This document shows positions 39,051 through 54,208 of a DNA stretch of 64,000 nt, piece after piece. The notes beneath the pieces were generated by a model. That model did not search any database. It saw only the letters and a list, made by a program, of their open reading frames with translations, and had not been told where the DNA came from. The position numbers and the translations under genes are program-made. The DNA lies in contig NW_026250422.1 of the NCBI RefSeq assembly GCF_024521635.1, positions 496,001 to 560,000 of the forward strand, read 5' to 3'. The DNA is from Tricharina praecox. Its lineage: Eukaryota. The stretch's first letter is position 1; every line of letters starts with the position of its first letter.

Positions 39051-40593
39051 ATGGCGCTCAATAGCTTCTTCCACAACAAAATCGAGTCGATGAAATTGGA
39101 GATCATCGAGCGGAACTCGAAGCTACGGAGATTAGAAGCCCAGAGGAATGACTACAACTCTCGAGGTATGCTTGAGCGAGCGGGACGGCTATGGTGGACT
39201 ACGGTGGTGTTGCTGGGTGCGGAGGAGGATGTGGCGGGCTAGGCTAGCATGGTTCTCGTGGGGCGAGCATAGCTTTGCTATAGCAGTTTCCATATCTACC
39301 AACTCCATTGAACCCCCGCCCATCGCCAGTCTACTCTAGGAAGAGGTCGCTGACTTGCTGCAGTACGGCTACTCAGAGAGGAGCTCGGATTGCTACAACA
39401 GCCTGGATCGTATGTCGGCGAGGTGGTCAAGGTGATGGGTAGCAAACGGGTTCTGGTCAAGGTCCATCCGGAGGGCAAATACGGTACACTTATCTCTCCT
39501 CCGCGTGCGGCAAGTTGGGTTAGGTACTGACGCCGACAGTCGTCGATGTTGCGGACAGCGTGGATGTATCGAAGTTGACCCCTGGAAAGCGTGTCACCCT
39601 GCTGTCGGACTCCTACCGGCTGGAGAGGATATTACCCAGCTCTGTCGACCCTCTCGTCTCGCTGATGATGGTCGAGAAGGTCCCCGATAGTACATACGAC
39701 ATGATCGGAGGTCTTGACCAGCAGATCAAAGAAATCAAGGAGGTGATCGAGCTTGGACTCAAGCACCCGGAGCTGTTCGAATCCCTCGGCATAGCGCAGC
39801 CCAAAGGAGTGCTTCTCTACGGTCCCCCGGGTACGGGGAAAACCCTTCTTGCGCGTGCCGTCGCCCACCATACCGACTGCAAATTCATTCGTGTCTCCGG
39901 CTCGGAGCTGGTGCAGAAGTACATAGGCGAGGGTTCGCGAATGGTGCGCGAGCTATTCGTGATGGCTCGGGAACACGCACCCAGCATTATCTTCATGGAC
40001 GAGATTGACAGCATCGGCAGCAGTCGTGTGGAGGGCAGCTCGGGCGGAGATTCCGAGGTGCAGCGAACTATGCTCGAGCTCCTCAACCAGCTCGATGGTT
40101 TCGAACCCACAAAGAACATCAAAGTCATCATGGCCACCAACCGTCTCGACATCCTCGATCCCGCCCTCCTCCGTCCCGGTCGTATTGACAGGAAGATTGA
40201 GTTCCCCCCGCCAACGTAAGCCTTCACCCTCCCCACCCCACGGATTTCGGGGATTAATGAAAAACAAAACAGTGTCGAGGCCCGCGCAGACATCCTCCGT
40301 ATTCACTCGAGATCCATGAACCTTACTCGTGGCATCGACCTCAAGAAGATCGCCGAGAAGATGAATGGCTGCTCCGGCGCAGAGCTGAAGGGTGTCTGTA
40401 CCGAGGCCGGAATGTACGCGCTGCGTGAGCGCAGGATCCACGTTACCCAGGAGGACTTTGGTAAGCCCCCCAGTGAGCTTATGTGGAGGTTGAATGTGTA
40501 CTGATGGTTTGGTGGGGGATAGATCTGGCGACCGCGAAGGTCCTCAACAAGCATGATGACAAGGAGATGAGTTTGTCCAAACTCTGGAAGTAG
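39051..40593 (+). CDS. RPT6: 26S proteasome regulatory AAA-ATPase Rpt6/Sug1 (5 exons)
   Basis: [20 protein letters not shown], Walker [19 protein letters not shown], Walker [36 protein letters not shown] and a C-terminal KLWK. Confidence 0.97.
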
Positions 40594-40846
40594 AGTTATT
40601 GGGATTGCTGTTTGTCTTTCAATGGAATGTTCACCTTTTTTTTTTTACGCATGGCAATCATTTGGAGTGGTCGAGTAAATAAGCCGTGTAGGATAGATAT
40701 ACATGGGTATGTGCAAATGATGAGGGACCATTGCTCAGGTTGAACACGCAACTCGAACTGGATGTATTCCGCAAATGATGACAAGACAACTGAAATACGC
40801 TATAACACCCGCCAATAGATTCCCACTCCCCTCATCCAGCTACCGT

Positions 40847-43238
40847 CTACTGCTCCTTTTTGGAGCTCTTGATGAGTTCTATGCCAGCCGCGAATGCACC
40901 CTGCGCGCCCTCCTGCCGCCCCCAGAAAGCAGTCTCATCATCGCCCTCCACACTAATCGCGCCAGCAATACCAGTATGCTCCGTCTCCTCATCAATGCCC
41001 ATGCTCTCTTGCAAATACCTTCTGCGGATCAAGAACCTCTCCTGCTTCTCCTTGATCAACCCCGGGGAGTCTAGCTTCGACAGGGCAACGCGGACGGCCA
41101 AGCTGGCGATGAAGTACACATGTTCGGAGAAGACAATGGCGATGAGGATTCCGGCGAGGGTCAGGGGGGTGGGCGTGTCGGTGTGGGAGAAGAGGTATAT
41201 CAGTGAAGCCGAGGTCACGGAACCGATCCAGGTTAGGAAGCCGAGGTTGTTGAGCCACGGGCCGATGCTGTCGGCGCGGTGAGGAATTGGACGTTGCATC
41301 TCGACGCAGATCTTTACGGCGTCGCTGCGGAGCTCAATCCAGTTGTTTACTAGGAAGGAGCAGGCGGCAAGGGGCCACACTGGGGAGAAGAGGCAGAGGT
41401 AGCCGAACTATTGATCGGGTTATTAGGACTAGAGATTGCGGTGGATGGGGAATATGTATACCTGCATGCACATCTCGCGGAGATCGTCGGTAACGCTGTA
41501 AACACCCAGCTCCGACTCGTGCCGGACTCTATCAAGGAATGGGCGCTCCTCCGGTGCATCGTTGGCGTACGGGATCTCGTTTCCATTGCGCTTGTCCTGG
41601 AACTCCTTCGCCTTCTTGAAGGCCTTGCGCTTGATGTATGGCACGAGAGTTTCCATGGCCAAGTTCACAATCTGCGCCGTGACGGTGAAGTAGATGACCT
41701 GCTTCCGCAGCCTACCCGGGTTAACCTCGAAGATGGCCTGCGTGCCCATCTTCTCGTCTTCGGGCGCAGCCATCAAGCCGAGAACGTCGATGTAGGGAAC
41801 GATCACATGGCCGAAGGGAATGTAGACGAATGCTGTGAGAAAGAGGGGAACGTAGGAGCAGATGAAGTTGAAGACGAAGATTTTCTGGACCATTGCCGCT
41901 TCGTAGGCAGATTCATGCTCGTAGTTTTCGAAGTCGGTCAGCTTTGTCGCAATGCCGGAGAGGATGCCCGTAAGGACTGGGACCATGACGGTCAAGATCA
42001 CAGTGGGTGCGAAGGTCTGCCAAACAGACGAGGTCAGCCATATTCACGGTGGAGATCACAGCGGGTGGCATACCAGGACAGATTTGAACGGGCCATTATA
42101 GACCTCCGTAATCATGATCTCGATACCGAAAGTAAACGCATAGAGAGCTGAGAGGATTCCACTAGCACCCAGAGCGAACGGGATCTGCAAAGCCTGCCTG
42201 CAAAGCCTCTTCCACGCGGGAAAGACCTTCACAATCTCACCGGTGACCGGGTCTTCCTTCTCAGTCTCGGGCTGGAAGCGTGCGCGCTTGCTCTGGACCT
42301 GGGAGACATTGCGGACGTTCCAACGCACAGCGAGATCTATTTCCTGGCGCTTCCACTGCTCGACGAAGACGACTGACCAGAGGCAATTGAAGACCGCAAA
42401 GACGAGCGAGTACTGGGGAAGCACAAAGTACGACGCGCTTCCGATGCATGCCGCGATCACGAGGAACGAGAAGTAAGACTGCAGGAAAGCAAAGTAGAAT
42501 GCCACCTATACCCTGTCGTTAGTGGTACGTCATCACTCAAGGACATTTAGTGGGGTTGCCTTTTCGCCAAACATGTCGCGGATGTTTCCCAGCTCCTCAG
42601 GTCCTACGGTCCACGTAGTCGACCATCGCTTCATCCAATCCTTGTTGAACTCATGATCGTGCAACGGGAAGATTCCCTCGACACACGACCACTCTCCCTT
42701 GCCAGGCGTGATTCCAGCGCCGCCCTCGCTCTGAGGAAGTGTAAGTAGCGAGTGGACGATTCGCAACCTCTCGGCTTCGGTAAGAGGTTCTTTATCTAGC
42801 GAGCGCTGCGTCTCGGTATCAGGGGCAGCGGGCCGGACACCATGAAGCCAGTCTTTGACTCTGAACGCGAGATTTCCGTTTAGCAGGCGTCACGGACAAG
42901 GTTACGTGGAGCATGCACTCACCTAGCCCTGTAGACCTCGCCAACCAGCTTCTGTGCCGACCGGATGCGAACGAACACCAGCAGCTTCCCTGGTAGGCCA
43001 TCGCGAACCTCCGTACGCATTCCCACCTTATCGAGGTAAACTATCAGTTTCTCGAACTGAGCTGCGGCTTCATTCTTGTCTGTGTCGCATCGTCATCGCG
43101 TCAGCTCCCAACCCACCCAGACACCCAATTCACAGCAGAACTGTGGTTACCTTTTGCGTTTGCAAAGTTGAAGTTGACGACATAGTCGACGCCGACATTC
43201 TTCGTCGAGGGGGTTTTCTCATCGACTGGACTATCCAT
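40847..43238 (-). CDS. IST2: Anoctamin/TMEM16 Ca2+-activated lipid scramblase/channel (Ist2-like), multi-exon
   Basis: GVDYVV, EAERLRIVH, IFPLHD, FGEKVAFYFAFLQSY, EVYNGPFK, LTDFENYE, DDLREMCMQFGYL, NNWIELRSDAVKI, RADSIGPW. Confidence 0.9.
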
Positions 43239-44492
43239 CCTGAAGAGTCTGAGGTATGCCTGAAAGATAGAGAACAGGAAGGGAGAGCGCGTCGTGGGAG
43301 AGTTGGAGTCTGATCCTCTCTGCTTTTCAGCGGGTGTGTTCATTCGATTCTTGCGGTCGTGCGGATGGTGAGTTAACTTTACTTGTTTGAGAACGGGACG
43401 GGACACCAAGCTGGCTGTGCAGTGCGAGCAACTGCGACCAGAATTGTTAGTGCTATGACGTAGCACGTGTTGTTGGCCTAGTCCTAGTGAAATTTGTGTG
43501 AACGCCAGCCAGCTTGCTACTCGTTGCTCCATGGGGATCAAGATCGAGGGAATCGGATTGCTGCATGGGCCTCTGTCTTGTATGACGGGAGTAACCGCAA
43601 TGAGATCCCATTGCAGGGGCAGAGGTAGGGGTCGGAGCCTGTGGTTGCATAGGTCTGTCTTTCTTCTTCACAGCAGTGACCATTCTTCTCCACCCATTGA
43701 CTGCGGCGTCTATTTCGGGTTCTTCAACGCAACAAGCTTGACAGATGTTCCACGTCCGGGCAACCCTCAGAATGCAATGTCGAGGTGCGATATCAGAGGT
43801 GAGAAGTCGGTAACCATTGAAACATCGCTGCTCTGGAGAACATAGCTAATGATTCGCAGTTTTATCACGGCCAACTACGAGCGTGGGCGCCCGGGCACTT
43901 TCGGAATCCGTTTCACCTCTGATGACTGAGGTCAAAGAGCTACACGTGTGTGCGGGGTATCTGTGGGAGTACCGACGACAACAAAGAACTCCAAGGCATT
44001 GAGGCGATGGGTGGAGCGCTCTGTGGTCGGGACTGTCAAGCTGAAACGCCTCCATACGGCCGTAGGTACTCTCGACTTTGTCCTGCCGTGGAGGGACCGC
44101 ATTGGAGTCTCGACAATCATGATCCACGTGAAGCGGTGTCGGAGCGTTGGACGGTCCCACGCAATTACTCGAATATAGTACATCTTACTATGTGTTCCAA
44201 CTATGATGGTGACAATACGAGTTCATGGACGAGGAATCATGATACCAATGTGACTTTATATTTGGAGAAGCTTTGCTCATGCTCATAACTAGTTGTCACT
44301 CCTCATTGCACCATCCGTCCAACACGGACCCATGAGTACCCATACACAGTTCTGCCATAAAATGAGGGTCTCCTCATCCTGGAATGACCGCGACATCAAC
44401 ATCCATCTTCCTCATTCGAACGATATTAGTTTTTGACATCTCGCACGATAACCGCCCTCGTCCCTCCGACTCCGACAGAACGGCAGCCAGCA

Positions 44493-44858
44493 ATGTGTTT
44501 CTTCAGCCGATTCCGACAAGGCCCCGAAGAGCCCATCCATTCGCGTCCGCCAACGCCGGAGCCGGGCATTGAATATACCATCATACAGCTCGAAAACGTA
44601 GCGGAAAGAGCCGGCATCAAGATGAAAAACGGAAAGAAGAAGTTCTCGCAACGGGAGATTCAGAAATTGGATAAGGTATTGATCCAGATGAAGGAGAAGT
44701 TGGAGCGCATGGATCAGGCGGAAAGTAAGCAATTGAAGGTTGCGGCGATGTATAAAAGGGAGTCGGTACGGGAATGCCAGGAAAAAGAACTCCGAGAGTA
44801 TACGGAACTCGAGGAACGAATGAAGCGAATTAATGAAGATGGGAGGAGTGGCAATTGA
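44493..44858 (+). CDS. Hypothetical small charged coiled-coil protein (~121 aa)
   Basis: Single-exon ORF with an E/K/R-rich helical composition, preceded by a pyrimidine-rich leader. An alternative upstream start exists in the ORF track. No family recognised. Confidence 0.55.
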   Translation: MCFFSRFRQGPEEPIHSRPPTPEPGIEYTIIQLENVAERAGIKMKNGKKKFSQREIQKLDKVLIQMKEKLERMDQAESKQLKVAAMYKRESVRECQEKELREYTELEERMKRINEDGRSGN

Positions 44859-45525
44859 CAGACACGTGTTGTAATCACAATACAAACGAGTTGCAAGGCT
44901 ACTGGGTGGTTCGATTGACGAGATGGAGTGCGTGGATATCGGTGTGATGACTAAGATGGAGATACTCCATCATTCCGAGTGAGCCTTCCTGTTCGCAGAT
45001 GTGCGTGATAGAATTTTGGCTCATATATAACGAAACTCCGGGAATCGGTTAACCACTGCGGGGTTCTCGTCTAAAGATTAAAAAATCCCCGATTGTTCAT
45101 CCGGCAAAGGCGGGGGTCCGTCCGCTGGTAATGTGACGTATTGTGAACCGCCAGACAAACTACGGATACCTAAAGCAGAAATTGAACGAAATCGAGCTCA
45201 TCTGGGAATCTTCAGGTTCATCAGGCTTGTCCAGATCCAAGCCATTCGATGACTTTCGTCATTACTACGCTCGTTTCGTCAGTGGCTCTGCTCGCCCGCG
45301 CAAGTCGAAGCGGTCTCGATCTCGCATGTGCATACCCGATGTAAGGGCTAAGGCGCATATCTTGGCGCCCAGCCGTGATGAGCTCATATTGGACGCACAG
45401 AAAGCACTGGTAGCCAGTTCGCTATCGCCGCCGCCGCCACATCTTACCCAACGAAGTGCACTGATCTGGTGCCGAGAGCCAGAAAGAAAAAAATATTCCG
45501 ACACGCCGTCCATCCCAACCCTACG

Positions 45526-48500
45526 ATGGCGTCGCTTCCGGTGTCCACACCAGGTTTCAGACCTCGCGCCTCTTCATCCTCCTCGCACACGTTTTCTCAC
45601 AGTCTCCCACGGTCGAGTAAGGTTCTGCTACCTTCATCCGATAGTCAATCGATATCCCTCTCCACCGGCACAGCAACAGTCGAGAAGTCGACAACGTTAG
45701 CCACGATATCTACCCCAGCTGCAGGAGCTGCTGTCGAGCGAGCCATCACTACCAGAGCTCCGGCCATGTTCTCCTCTTCGCCTAGCGAAGCCTCAAGCTA
45801 TCCCGGCAATCGGACATCGATGGTGTCTTTGGCAAGCACCACCGTCTCGAACTCGCCACAGTCTCAGAATTCCTCGGTAGTCAATCTAGAAGGGCAGAGC
45901 TCCATGCACATGCTCGGGACGTCCCCAGATAGCCAGAGCTTCACATCCGAGTACCACAACGGACAGGGCCGAAAGCGAAGACCGTCGGTGGCGGCGATAG
46001 CAACGGTTGCCACGTCTCCCGTCAACGTGATATCGAACCCAACGACCGCGCGGACGTCGACGCACGAAGGGATGGGCGTACAAGTAGTGGAGGCACCACA
46101 TTCCCAGCGATCACGGTCGGCGATGTCGCGACAAGAAGGTCCCCAGTCAGTTGGATCGCCGAAAACATCGATGTCAAGCTCCCCCAACAACAAACGGACG
46201 TCGGCCTCGTCCGCGACTGCTTCGACTGCTGCCGCCGAAGCTCAAGAAAAAGCGCGAAAGTCGAAGGTGATCGGGCGGATCGGAGTGTGTGCTTTGGATG
46301 CGAAAGCGCGAAGTAAGCCGTGTCGAACGATCCTGAACCGGTTGATTGAAAATGGCGAGTTCGAAACGGTGATTTTTGGTGACAAGGTCATTTTCGATGA
46401 AGGTGCGTGTGTTCCTGTGTCCCTGTGAAACAGAGGTTTCCGAGTGCAGGGTGCATCCTGCGCCCCACCGTTGAGATGGGGGTGGGACGCCGTGGGGTTT
46501 TATTCTCTGCGGCTTCTGCCTGTCCGCTGCAAGGATGAGGCTGTAGTCATCTTTGGTACTTGGAATTCGCTAACTCCCGCGCCCGCCGCTCGCTCCCCCA
46601 CGCAATAGCTGTCGAAAACTGGCCTACCTGGTGAGTCCTCACATCTCGTCTTGTCTTCGTCCCCTCATCGCGTCTTGTCCCCGTTCCCTCCTTCCTGTTT
46701 CCCCTCATCCCATGCCTGCTGTTGCCTGTCTCACAAGGATCATGGTCACATTGTCGTACATACGTGCGATATTGAGAATAAGTGTGAATCTCCGTATGGC
46801 GCAGACATGCATAACTGTACAACGGCAGCACTTCCGTGGTGCCGGAATGATATTGGTGATGTTCTGGGACGGTGTTCTTCGCCGTGTATCTCCCGCGAAC
46901 GTTACGCAGGCTCCCGTGGAGTCCCGTCATTTTTTTGTTTGCACCCGATGCTCTAGCCGCATGGCCGGGTTGTTTGGCATCACCGCTTTTTAGAGCCAAC
47001 GAATCAGCTAACGTTTCGTGCCCACGTGTCATCTAGTGATTTTCTGATATCTTTCTTTTCCACTGGATTCCCACTCGATAAAGCAATCTCTTACGTACAA
47101 TTGCGCAAGCCATACTGCGTCAATGATCTACAGATGCAGCAGGTCCTTTGGGACCGGCGGCTAGTTCTTCGCATTTTGGACTCGATCAACGTTCCGACAC
47201 CTAAGCGCATCGTTGTGTCACGCGATGGTGGTCCATATCTGACGCCGGAGCTCGCGCAACACCTGGAGAACCGGACTGGCGTTAGAGTACCGCCTCGAGG
47301 CGAATGGAAGATGCCGCAGAGGGTTGAACTTAGTGAGGACGGCGAGACTTTAATCGTAGACAACAAGACGCTCAAGAAGCCTTTCGTCGAGAAGCCAACG
47401 AGCGGCGAGGACCATAATATCAACATCTACTTTGCCGGTGGTATTGGTGGACGGAGACTCTTCCGCAAAGTTGGCAACAAGTCTTCTGAGTATGATCCAA
47501 ATCTGAACCAGCCACGAACGGATGGATCCTTCGTCTACGAGCAGTTCATGGACGTCGATAACTGCGAGGATGTCAAAGCGTACACCGTGGGGCCCGACTA
47601 CTGCCACGCCGAAACACGAAAGTCGCCGGTGGTGGATGGTCTGGTTCGCCGCAATCAGCATGGAAAGGAGATCCGATTCGTTACGCAGCTCGCCAAAGAC
47701 GAGGCTAGTATGGCTTCACGAATCTGCGAAGCTTTCGGACAGGCTGTTTGTGGCTTTGATCTTTTGAGAGCCCACGGCAAGAGTTACGTGATAGACGTCA
47801 ACGGGTGGAGCTTCGTCAAAGACAACAATCCTTATTACGACGCATGTGCATCAATTCTTCGGAAGACGTTTATCGCGCACATGCAGGTTAAGCAGACGAA
47901 AGAGGGCCTCCAGGAACAAGGAGCATTGGCCGCCGCACTCGCAAGAGGAAAGGAGGAAACTGCCCCGAAGAAAATCAACGGAAAGCAGAAACCTGCCAGT
48001 GGACATCGGTCGACGCTTCAGAATCTTCTTTCACGATCACCTTCGGCTTCAAGGCTATCCAGTCACCACCAGTCTGGCCTACAACAACCGCAATTGACAT
48101 CGGCCCAGGCTTCGCCCTCGCAATCATCATCTAATGGCACACCTGCAGTTGGGGTTACACCGGTAGCTTCGCCGACCCCCGTGGCTCCCGTCCCGGAGGG
48201 TGAGGAGGTGAAGCAACCGCCCACTGCCCCGCAGCACAGTTGGAAGCTGAAGGGTATGGTTGCCGTTCTCAGACACGCGGACAGAACGCCGAAACAGAAG
48301 TTTAAGTTTACTTTCCACTCCCAGCCATTCATCGATCTCCTGAAAGGCCACAAGGAAGAGGTCATCCTCATTGAGGAAGGACTGCAGGATGTGGTCATAG
48401 CCACCCAGAAGGCCATCGATCTGAAGTCGGAGGATGGTGACAAGCTCGCACAGCTAAAAAATGCGCTGGATAAGAAGATGGGGTTTGCAGGTACTAAAGT

Positions 48501-50746
48501 CCAAATCAAGCCGATGTATCTGAAGCACCCCAACCCGGCGGATATTCCAAGTAATCCAGAGGACCCTTCCGAGACACATACCACTGTCTCTAATCGGGGA
48601 TCTCCGGAGCTTGATAAGTTGCAGCTTATCATCAAATGGGGAGGAGAACCCACACATTCGGCCCGCTACCAGAGTCAAGATCTGGGCGAGTCTTACCGCA
48701 AGGATCTACTGCTGATGAACCGAGATGCCCTCGACGATGTCTCTGTTTTCACCAGCTCTGAAAGGAGGGTCAGCACCAGTGGTATGATTCTTCCGCTTCC
48801 TCTCCCCCTCGCAAGTTAGGGTGTACATGAATAAAATCTCCGTTTCTAAAACTTCCGTCTTGTTTCTATAGCACAAATATGGACCGCCTCTTTCCTGAAC
48901 AAAAAACTAGATGACGATTTCGTGGCCATCCGCAAAGACCTGCTGGATGACTCCAATGCTGCTAAGGATGAAATGGACAAAGTATTTAGACCTGTTCCTT
49001 GATTCGATTTCCTCTCGGGCATTGTCACTAACTCACTCCAAGGTCAAGAAGAAGCTTAAGTCGCTCCTTCGCAAAGGCTCCAAAGCACCACCACAGTTTG
49101 CATGGCCGAAGGATATGCCAGAACCCTGGATCGTGATGCGCAAAGTAATCGAGCTGATGACCTTCCACCGGTTGGTGATGAACCAAAACTTCGCCCGCTT
49201 CGCGACGCAATCCCTTGGGTACTCCAACGGCGGCGGTGGGTCTTCAACCGGCTCCATCAAGGAGCGAGATCCCACCTCACTCGACGGAATCCAAAGCCGC
49301 TGGTGCTGTGGCGAGGACCCTGCCCTGTTTCGTGAGCGTTGGGAAAAGCTTTTCGTCGAGTTCTGCGACTCGGAGAAGGTTGACCCAGGAAAGATCTCGG
49401 AGCTCTACGATACCATGAAGTACGATGCCCTCCACAACCGTGCGTTCCTCGAGAACATCTTTCTACCGCCGACCTCCATGCTGTCCCAGGAATTGTTGGA
49501 GCGCGAGGGCTCGGCGGTTGAAGATTGGGACGATGGCAGTAGCGGCGGCTGGACGGATAGCAACAAACGCACGTCGATGACTGGCCCGCCGCTCGACTAT
49601 GAGCGCGAAATCCGCGAGCAGCAGCCACCTCCGCAGAAGGAAGAAACGCGCAAGCTCGAGAGACTCAGGCGCGCGCGCAGAAGCTTCATTTACTCGGCAG
49701 TCGATACCCCCCGCCCCTCGGTCAGCGAGGAGGCGGGCAGGAAGTACCTCATGTCCACCGGCAAGACCAAGGCAAAAGCCGACGCGCGCCTGGTGAAGCT
49801 GCGGGAGCTGTATCGCTACGCCAAAGTGCTGTTTGAGTAAGCCACCTTTCCCTTTCCTATTCTACCACTCACTAACAGTTCCAGCTTCGTCTCACCCCAA
49901 GAATACGGCATAACCAACGACGAAAAACTCGAAATCGGCCTCCTCACCAGCCTTCCCCTGCTAAAACAAATCGTCAAAGACCTGGAAGCCGTCCAAGCCG
50001 CTTCACACGCCAAATCATTCGTGTATTTCACCAAAGAATCGCACATCTACACGCTGCTGAACTGCATAATCGAGGGCGGGATCCCGATCAAGATGGAGCG
50101 CAACGCGATCCCGGAGCTCGACTACCTCACACAGATCTCCTTCGAGCTATACGAATCCGAATCAAAACTCGAACCCGGCGAGAGCGAGGGCGACCCTAAT
50201 AAGAGCGCGTATGCCATCCGCGTCGCGATCAGCCCTGGCTGCCACTCCAGCGATCCATTGGATATGCAGCTCGATAGCAAACATTGCATAGGCTGTAATC
50301 CGAAAAAGTCCCTCACGAGCCACCTCGATTGGAAGTATGTCGTCAATACGCTTAGGGAGAAGTTTCATAGGGTTAAGCTGCCGAAACACTTTATTCCTAT
50401 TAATTTGGGCGAGGCGACGAAGGAGGTTGTTGAGGTTGAGGCGGAGGCGGGGAAGGAGGTGAAGGAGGAGGTGACGAAGGAGGAGGTGACGAAGGAGGAG
50501 GTGACGAAGGAGGAGGTGACGAAGGAGGAGCTGGTGGTGGGTGAGGCGGAAGGGGCGAAGGAGGATGGTGCTGTGACCGAGGTGAAGGAGGAGAAGACCG
50601 AGGAGAAGAACGAGGCTCCTCTGGCGGCAGAGACCGAGAACAAGAACAAGACCGAGAACGAGAACGAGCCAGCCGTAGCGGCGGCGGCGGTGGCGGACGA
50701 GTGTGCGATCGAAGACGACGAGCCGGATAGCGTGGCCGTAACGTAG
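45526..50746 (+). CDS. VIP1: Inositol hexakisphosphate / PP-InsP5 kinase Vip1/Asp1 (ATP-grasp kinase plus histidine acid phosphatase-like domain)
   Basis: [34 protein letters not shown] (via a 22-nt micro-exon), [48 protein letters not shown]. Confidence 0.95.
50461..50530 (+). repeat. Coding 15-bp tandem repeat (gaaggaggaggtgac, 4 full copies plus a partial; EEVTK) in the VIP1 tail
   Basis: Perfect tandem copies. Confidence 0.9.
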
Positions 50747-51761
50747 AGGCAGCATAGACGCGGGTAGACTGGATTAGGTGCCTATGGATGGGAGTTTGCG
50801 GATTGCGAATTTCGGGGAGCTGGGTTTGGTTTAGTTTGGTTTACTTTTGTATTTTTTGATTTTTTGATTTTTATCTATCTGCGCTTGCTTACTTGAGTAT
50901 GCTTTGATTTGCTTTGCTTTGCTTGGATGCGTTTGTTGTGTTGTGCTGTGACGAGATCTCTGCACGCTTAATGTTTACAATGTTTTGATTCACAATGTTT
51001 TGATTTCTTCGATGTTTCGAGTTCCGATGTCTGGAAGGAGGATATGATGAGCTAGCTAGGCTCGGACCTGAATCCTGATAGAGTAGAGCGGCGATACTCT
51101 AGACTTTTTGCTAGAGTGATGGATAGAGGATGGATAGAGATGAGTAGAATGACAACCATGTTCAAGAGATATGGGTAGAATGACAATCATGTTCATGTTC
51201 ACAAAATATGACTCGTATCCTATCGACTCGTACTGAATTTCAACCTGGTACTTATTGTATCTTCACCGTATCTTCACGGTATCGTTTTGACAAGAGCATA
51301 GAGTACGTGAACAGGCAAGCACTTATACTCTAGTAGTTACCCCCCGTCTCTCACCTACCGCCGTCTAACCATCCCATCCCATCCCTCTCAACCTCCTCCC
51401 AGCCCATATCATCCCCCCCTCCTCACCCTCCCCTTCCTCCCAGAAATATCACACACCCACTCAGAACTCAGGGCACTCTGGAAGTATAGTATAGCGTATG
51501 CGATGCGGATTTAAACTGTAGCCTGCCGCGATTTCGCAGCAAGCGCATGCATGAAAAAAGATAAGGAACAGCACGTACGTTTCGTCGATACGACACAATA
51601 GTAAAAAAAAATCCACAATTACAATCCCAGATTGACAAAGCAGGACACGGAAAGAAAAGAAAGGAAAAATAGAGAAAAAAGAACTTTGTTGTTGAGAAAA
51701 GAGAAACGAAAACGAGCCAGTCATAAGAAATCTATCTATCTCCCCCCTCCCCTCGCCTCGC

Positions 51762-54208
<2,447 letters not shown>

